A DNA stretch of 64,000 bases from Dehalococcoidia bacterium (lineage in GTDB: Bacteria > Chloroflexota > Dehalococcoidia > Dehalococcoidales > UBA3254), in NCBI GenBank assembly GCA_025361145.1, contig JANYAV010000010.1, positions 1,530 to 65,529 of the forward strand. Reading direction: 5' to 3'. The translations under genes were made by a program, and so were the position numbers. How positions within the stretch are numbered: position 1 is the stretch's first letter; each line of letters begins with the position of its first letter. Shown here piece by piece: positions 58,947 through 64,000 of the stretch. The notes under the pieces are model-generated. The model ran no database searches. It was given only the letters and a program-made list of their open reading frames with translations, and was not told where the DNA came from.

Positions 58947-61604
58947 GTGACCATGCTCAAAACTCGCCATCCGATAAAGCAACAGAGTGCCCCGGCACTG
59001 ATCGATACCTCCGAAGTAATATCGCTTTCTTCTGATGAATTGCTAAATCGGTTGGGCAGTTCCACCTCTGGTTTAAGCCCTGAAGAAGCCCAAAAGCGGC
59101 TTGAAATATATGGTTCCAATGAGGTTATTAAGAGTAAAAAGCGCTCTGCTCCCCTGGAGTTCCTTGCCCATTTTAAAAGCCCCATTACTATTATCCTCGT
59201 TATCGCTGCTATTGTGTCCGGTTTTGTCGGTGATCCTTTGGATGCCGGTATTATCCTGCTCATTGTTTTAGTCAGTGTGACCCTCGATTTTACCCAGGAA
59301 TACCGCGCCGAGAAAGCCGCCGAAGCCTTGCGTAAAAGGGTCGCCACTACTGCTACTGTTTTTAGAAATGGCACCAAACAAGATATCGAGAACACTGAAC
59401 TGGTTCCCGGGGATATAATCCAGCTCTCAGCCGGAGATATCGCCCCGGCCGATGCCAGGATCATCAGCGCCAGGGATTTCTTTGTCGATCAATCTGCTTT
59501 AACCGGGGAGTCTTTCCCGGTAGAAAAGTCAGTCGAACCTATTTTAAGCACTATTGCTTCAGATTCAAAAAAATGGAACAACTACCTCTTTATGGGGACT
59601 TCTATCACCGCTGGCGCCGCTACCGCAGTTATCGCCAGAACCGGGAGCTCTACTCAATATGGAGAAATCGCCCGTAGCAGTGCCCAGAGAAAACCCGAGA
59701 CCGAGTTTGAAGGCGGCTTGAAGCGCTTCGGCTACCTGATTATGCAGGTGACCTTTGTCCTCGTTATAGCAGTGTTTTTTATCAACGCTTTATTTAAACG
59801 CAATATCATGGACTCACTGCTGTTTTCAGTCGCTCTGGCGGTGGGCTTAACACCTGGTTTGCTTCCGGTGATTCTTTCCATCAATCTTTCCAGGGGCGCG
59901 ACAGCCATGTCAAAAAAGGGTGTCATTGTTAAAAGGTTAGCTGCCATTCAGAATTTTGGCAGCATGGATGTCTTGTGCTGTGATAAGACTGGGACCTTGA
60001 CTGAAAATAGGGTCACCGTTATCCGGCATGTAGACATGGATGGGAATGATTCAGAAAAAGTATTTTTGTATTCCGTGATTAACAGTCGCTACCAGACTGG
60101 ACTGCGTAGCCCACTGGATGATGCCATTCTCAAACATGAGGAAATTAATACCGATCGATTTCAAAAAGTAGATGAAATTCCCTTTGATTTCATTCGAAAG
60201 CGCCTGTCTATCGCAGTTCGCGAAAACGAACAGAATATTTTAATCACCAAGGGAGCTCCTGAGGAGATTGATAAGGTTATCTCTCATTGCGAGTTAGGCG
60301 CAGAAATTTTTGAACTCACCAGCGATCTTCGTAAAAAGATCGACCGTGAATACCGTGATTTAAGTACTCAGGGATTCCGGGTCCTGGGAGTGGCCTACCG
60401 CAAGGTGGAGAATAAACCTGTATATAACATCGCCGATGAAAATAATCTGGTTTTTCTTGGATTTATCGCCTTTACAGACCCGATCAAGGAATCTGCAGGG
60501 GAATCACTGGAGCTTTTAAGATCAGCGGGAATTAAGTTAAAGATCTTAACCGGCGATAGTGAAATCGTTGCCGGCAAAGTCTGCGATTTATTAGGTTTTC
60601 AGGTTTTTCAGTACCGTCGGGGCCGGAAATATGATGAGAAAAGCGGGGCTGTAACACGCACCATTGAAGTTGAACCCGTTAATATAGTACAAAGTAGCGA
60701 AATTGAGAATATCGATGATGATGCCTTAGCCAGAATCGTTGAAAAGGCGGATATTTTTACTAGAGTAACGCCCGCTCAGAAGAACCGTATTCTTATCGCC
60801 TTAAAAGCCAACGGCCATGTAGTTGGCTATATTGGAGATGGTATCAATGATACTCCTTCGATGAGGGTGGCTGATGTTAGTATTTCTGTTACCAATGCTG
60901 TTGATATAGCTAAAGAATCAGCCGATATCATCCTTATGCGCAATGATTTGAAAGTTATCTCTGATGGTGTTAAAGAAGGCCGCAAGACTTTCGGCAATAC
61001 CATGAAATATATTCAGATGGCTATTAGTTCTAATTTTGGCAATATGTTCAGCGCTGCTGGGGCTTCCTTGTTTTTGCCTTTTCTTCCAATGCTACCTGTC
61101 CAGATTCTATTAAACAATCTGCTCTATTCTTTCGCCCAATTGGCTTTGCCCAGCGATAATGTAGACCAGACTTATATTCAGAAACCACAGCGCTTAAGGA
61201 CTGCTTTTGTCCGCAATTTTATGATCGCCTTCGGACCGGTCAGCTCGCTCTTTGACTTCGCTACCTTTTTTGTAATGATCTATGTTTTTAAAGCTGGGGC
61301 GCCTCTTTTTCAGACTGCTTGGTTCGTGGAATCTTTGTTTACTCAGTCACTGGTGATCTTTGTTATCCGCACACGGACCGTACCTTTCTTCCGCAGCAGA
61401 GCCAATAAATTGCTGGTAATCAATGTCTTTGTCATTCTTTTATTAGCATTGGTACTACCCTTTACTCCCCTGGCCAAGGTGTTTGGTTTTGTACCGTTGC
61501 CAACGACTTTCTTGCTCATACTAATAGGCTTTGTTGTAGTTTATCTGGGACTGGTGGAGATGATGAAGGTCTGGTTCTACCGCAGATTTGCTAATAGCGA
61601 GTAG
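58947..61604 (+). CDS. mgtA: Mg2+-importing P-type ATPase (MgtA/MgtB type)
   Basis: 885 aa. CCDKTGTLT and GDGINDTPS motifs, 10 TM. The start is GTG 58947 or ATG 58953 after AGAGGA. Confidence 0.9.
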   Translation: MTMLKTRHPIKQQSAPALIDTSEVISLSSDELLNRLGSSTSGLSPEEAQKRLEIYGSNEVIKSKKRSAPLEFLAHFKSPITIILVIAAIVSGFVGDPLDAGIILLIVLVSVTLDFTQEYRAEKAAEALRKRVATTATVFRNGTKQDIENTELVPGDIIQLSAGDIAPADARIISARDFFVDQSALTGESFPVEKSVEPILSTIASDSKKWNNYLFMGTSITAGAATAVIARTGSSTQYGEIARSSAQRKPETEFEGGLKRFGYLIMQVTFVLVIAVFFINALFKRNIMDSLLFSVALAVGLTPGLLPVILSINLSRGATAMSKKGVIVKRLAAIQNFGSMDVLCCDKTGTLTENRVTVIRHVDMDGNDSEKVFLYSVINSRYQTGLRSPLDDAILKHEEINTDRFQKVDEIPFDFIRKRLSIAVRENEQNILITKGAPEEIDKVISHCELGAEIFELTSDLRKKIDREYRDLSTQGFRVLGVAYRKVENKPVYNIADENNLVFLGFIAFTDPIKESAGESLELLRSAGIKLKILTGDSEIVAGKVCDLLGFQVFQYRRGRKYDEKSGAVTRTIEVEPVNIVQSSEIENIDDDALARIVEKADIFTRVTPAQKNRILIALKANGHVVGYIGDGINDTPSMRVADVSISVTNAVDIAKESADIILMRNDLKVISDGVKEGRKTFGNTMKYIQMAISSNFGNMFSAAGASLFLPFLPMLPVQILLNNLLYSFAQLALPSDNVDQTYIQKPQRLRTAFVRNFMIAFGPVSSLFDFATFFVMIYVFKAGAPLFQTAWFVESLFTQSLVIFVIRTRTVPFFRSRANKLLVINVFVILLLALVLPFTPLAKVFGFVPLPTTFLLILIGFVVVYLGLVEMMKVWFYRRFANSE

Positions 61605-61684
61605 CAACCAGTTAGAGCGTCTTGCTTCTGAAAAGTACGTCTAATGTTGGGGTACAGTACGTTGTACCTGATACGTACGTTAAA

Positions 61685-62632
61685 TTAAATAATATTCCGG
61701 CGGCGGAAAGTGAACAGCATGACACCCACCACCAGAAACACCAGGATAAGCAGGGCCAGGAACAGTTGAATGCCACCTTTTTCTGTTCCACCGGGTAGCA
61801 TAATATATATCCCGGTCGCTATTAAAAAGGGCAAACCTATTGCAAATAGCAGTGTCAGCATGCGGATGGATCGGTTAGACCGGTAGCCACTCAGAGTGTA
61901 ATCAGCGTCTTTAAAGACCGCAATTGTCTCAGCATATTCATCTAGAGTCTCACATATCCTGTTCAAATGATCCATGAGATCACTGAAATAGAGGGTTAAG
62001 TCAATTTGTGAAAACCGCTTGAGCTTTTTTTCCAGTTCGGTTATAAGCGGTCGGCTGGGAAACATCACGCGCCTTTGAGTAATAATATCCCTGCGCAGAA
62101 AACTTAACTCCACAGCCACTTCTACATTCTCGTTAAAAACATTATCTTCGATATCTTCCATTAAATTGAGGATCTTATCCAAAACTTTAAAATAGCTGTC
62201 TATGGCTCGATCTATGATCTGATAAAGAAGGTAGCCGGGACCGTGGCTAAGAAATTGCTCCCGGGTGTCCTCTCTAAGTTCGCATTCTCTAAACAAATCG
62301 TCTGCGGCTTTAAGCTCCGTAGGTCGTAAGGTAATCAGTAAATTATCCCGTACGAAGGCTGACCATTGCCTTCTTGAACTTACCCGCTTAGCTTTGTCAT
62401 ACACAGAGAAGTGGAAGACGGCGAAAAGATAATCAGGGTATTCTTCGACTTTAGGAACCTGCCTGATGCTGAGAACGTCCTCAAGGTCTAAAGGATTTAA
62501 TTTATATTGGTCTGCTAAATACTTGATGCTCTCTTTGGTAGGTTGCACGATATCCACCCAGGTCAGACCACCCCAGGTAATTGTCTTTAAATTGTATTGT
62601 TTCTTCTCCGGATTATTTTCAGAAATCGCCAC
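61685..62632 (-). CDS. CorA-like divalent cation transporter homolog lacking the GMN motif
   Basis: 315 aa with CorA-like cytoplasmic domain and two C-terminal TMs. The loop reads GIYIMLPGG where CorA has GIYGMNF. Confidence 0.7.
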   Translation of the reverse strand: MAISENNPEKKQYNLKTITWGGLTWVDIVQPTKESIKYLADQYKLNPLDLEDVLSIRQVPKVEEYPDYLFAVFHFSVYDKAKRVSSRRQWSAFVRDNLLITLRPTELKAADDLFRECELREDTREQFLSHGPGYLLYQIIDRAIDSYFKVLDKILNLMEDIEDNVFNENVEVAVELSFLRRDIITQRRVMFPSRPLITELEKKLKRFSQIDLTLYFSDLMDHLNRICETLDEYAETIAVFKDADYTLSGYRSNRSIRMLTLLFAIGLPFLIATGIYIMLPGGTEKGGIQLFLALLILVFLVVGVMLFTFRRRNII

Positions 62633-62729
62633 TTTTCTTTGATTCTCCCGAATAATTTCAAGTATATTGTAACACTTGGTAGAGAATTTACAATTACTTA
62701 TAAGATTATACCAACATGGTCGGTTTTAC

Positions 62730-63377
62730 TCAGTTGCCTTGTGCTAAAAGGAGTAGCTTGCGGTAGGCCGCTCCTGGGTCGGGCTGAGTCAGTATGGCGC
62801 TGCCCACGCAGATCTCGTTAACCCCGGTTTGGGCGATCTGGGTGATATTATTCTCTTTCACTCCGCCGTCTATGCTGATGGTTAAATGAGGCCTGGCCTT
62901 GCGCAGTTCAATAATTTTCTCCAGTACCTCCGGTAAAAATTTAGCTCCGTAAAAACCCGGATGTACAGAAAGGAAAAGTACGCTGTCTACTGTATCTGTT
63001 AGAGGTAGTATACTGGAGACCGGTGTCTCCGGATTCACCGCCAATCCTGCTTTCATCCCCAATTTACGGGCGGCTGCGATTACTTTGGACGGATCAGGGG
63101 TAGCTTCATAATGAAAGACGGCTTTAATGGCACCTGCATTTTTATAGCCTGCCAGTTGAGTCTCGGGGTTTTTCACCATCAGGTGAACTTCCCATTTTAA
63201 ACCGGCCGGTAGCCCCTTTATCTGCTCACAGGTGATGCTTTTTGAAGGCACGAATTGGCCATCCATGATATCTACCTGGACGAAGTCCGTATAGCTGACA
63301 GCTTGCAGCATCATTTTGTTAAAAGCCGTAATATCATCGGTTAAAATCGCCGGTACCACTCTAATCTGTCTGGCCAT
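62730..63377 (-). CDS. rpe: Ribulose-phosphate 3-epimerase
   Basis: 215 aa with the VDIMDGQFVP motif. Confidence 0.9.
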   Translation of the reverse strand: MARQIRVVPAILTDDITAFNKMMLQAVSYTDFVQVDIMDGQFVPSKSITCEQIKGLPAGLKWEVHLMVKNPETQLAGYKNAGAIKAVFHYEATPDPSKVIAAARKLGMKAGLAVNPETPVSSILPLTDTVDSVLFLSVHPGFYGAKFLPEVLEKIIELRKARPHLTISIDGGVKENNITQIAQTGVNEICVGSAILTQPDPGAAYRKLLLLAQGN

Positions 63378-63466
63378 TTTCCCTCCCCAAACAATGCGCT
63401 AAAGTAACTCTAATAACTATATAGTTTGGGGCTTCTTCTTGGCAAGAAACGATATTAGTGAGTAAT

Positions 63467-63517
63467 CAAGGAGTCGTCCTTGCCTCCACAAACTCAATGT
63501 TGCAAGGAGACTCCTTG
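63467..63517. other. Long near-perfect hairpin (16-bp stem, 18-nt loop) between the DUF1801 gene and rpe
   Basis: CAAGGAGTCGTCCTTGC ... GCAAGGAGACTCCTTG. A T-rich run follows only on the plus strand. Confidence 0.4.
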
Positions 63518-63523
63518 ATGCTT

Positions 63524-63883
63524 TTATTTCCTTTTCGCCAGGTTTTCTTTAACCCTGTACCTGACCACCTTTTCCACCAGATCGAAGGGGATTGTTTGAT
63601 CCAGCGGGAACTGGATCGTTCCTTTGCCGGTAATGTAAGGAGATAACTCTTTTTTGAAGGACTCAATCCCCGATGGTGCGGGATAAAATCCGATGTGTTT
63701 CTTAAAGGCAGCAAAATAGACCAGGTTGCCGTTTAATTTGAAGGCTGGCATCTGGTAGCTGATCGCTTCCACGGCCTCTGGCGCTGCCTTGTGTATCGTC
63801 TGTCTCATTTTTTCCAGCATTGTCTGAATATTCAGCGGAAACGAATTTATGTATTCATCTATATTTTTATAACTTGTATCCAT
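63524..63883 (-). CDS. DUF1801 (YdhG-like) domain protein
   Basis: 119 aa. ...IDEYI......ML..R..I....P...E.ISY.MPAF... pattern. Confidence 0.75.
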   Translation of the reverse strand: MDTSYKNIDEYINSFPLNIQTMLEKMRQTIHKAAPEAVEAISYQMPAFKLNGNLVYFAAFKKHIGFYPAPSGIESFKKELSPYITGKGTIQFPLDQTIPFDLVEKVVRYRVKENLAKRK

Positions 63884-63913
63884 CGTTCACCTGCGTGATC
63901 GATCTTGGAATTT

Positions 63914-64000
63914 CTATTTTGGAGGATTAAGCGTATTCTGATAAGCCACGGCCAGTTCCTCTCCCTTCATCACAATATTACCATCTTTGACCTCAAGTGG
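63914..64000 (-). CDS. C-terminal fragment of an unidentified CDS running off the window
   Basis: Open minus-strand frame ...PLEVKDGNIVMKGEELAVAYQNTLNPPK-stop. Confidence 0.35.
   Translation of the reverse strand, partial: PLEVKDGNIVMKGEELAVAYQNTLNPPK

Noticed and set aside
58943-59464. 173-aa minus-strand ORF
   Set aside because: It is antisense to the 5' part of mgtA, whose P-type ATPase motifs are unambiguous.
63434-63446. Perfect 6-1-6 palindrome TTCTTG-G-CAAGAA upstream of rpe
   Set aside because: It is short enough to occur by chance, and no candidate regulator is nearby. Noted only.

Overview
This 64 kb window looks chromosomal and is mostly housekeeping. Gene content suggests an anaerobic bacterium, possibly Chloroflexota/Dehalococcoidia-like; this is inference only, from archaeal-type LeuC/LeuD, a citramalate route (cimA plus leuA), RtcB-archease and a DUF134/NifX/Mrp cluster. 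I count about 75 protein genes and one tRNA-Pro. I saw no rRNA, CRISPR array, transposase, integrase or phage genes. Gene blocks in order: MarR plus ABC exporter; tRNA-Pro; an ECF sigma/anti-sigma/SIMPL/DUF5666 module; argS-trpS; two paralogous zinc-ribbon genes around cinA and a DRTGG gene; typA; MBL hydrolase, M29 aminopeptidase and folP; hisCB; the guaA-purD-purE-purB-purC operon; tsaC-rpiB; a long ilvD-ilvBN-leuA-(mgtC)-leuC-(ATL-like)-leuD-leuB-cimA operon; rtcB/archease; an orphan response regulator plus an SRD5A-like/SDR pair; modABC; a cytoplasmic molybdopterin oxidoreductase + FeS subunit + acyl-CoA dehydrogenase module; DUF134-NifX and Mrp-like genes; a Fur-thioredoxin redox operon; mgtA, a corA-like gene, rpe. 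I found no clearly new multi-gene system. The observations most worth a second look are these. (1) An unlisted HesB/IscA-like gene has an in-frame TGA at the conserved Cys position, so it is a selenocysteine candidate. (2) A Leu/Val/Ile-rich leader peptide with alternative hairpins and a terminator sits upstream of the ilv-leu operon. (3) Two tandem paralogous structured leaders upstream of modABC are Moco/Tuco riboswitch candidates, with a terminator between them. (4) 78-nt direct repeats (~94% identical) precisely bracket the molybdoenzyme module and belong to a wider intergenic hairpin-repeat family. (5) A 12-nt motif is shared between the ECF sigma gene and a downstream gene. (6) A leaderless fur gene has a 9-8-9 inverted repeat over its -35. 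All functional calls come from reading motifs by eye; no searches were run.
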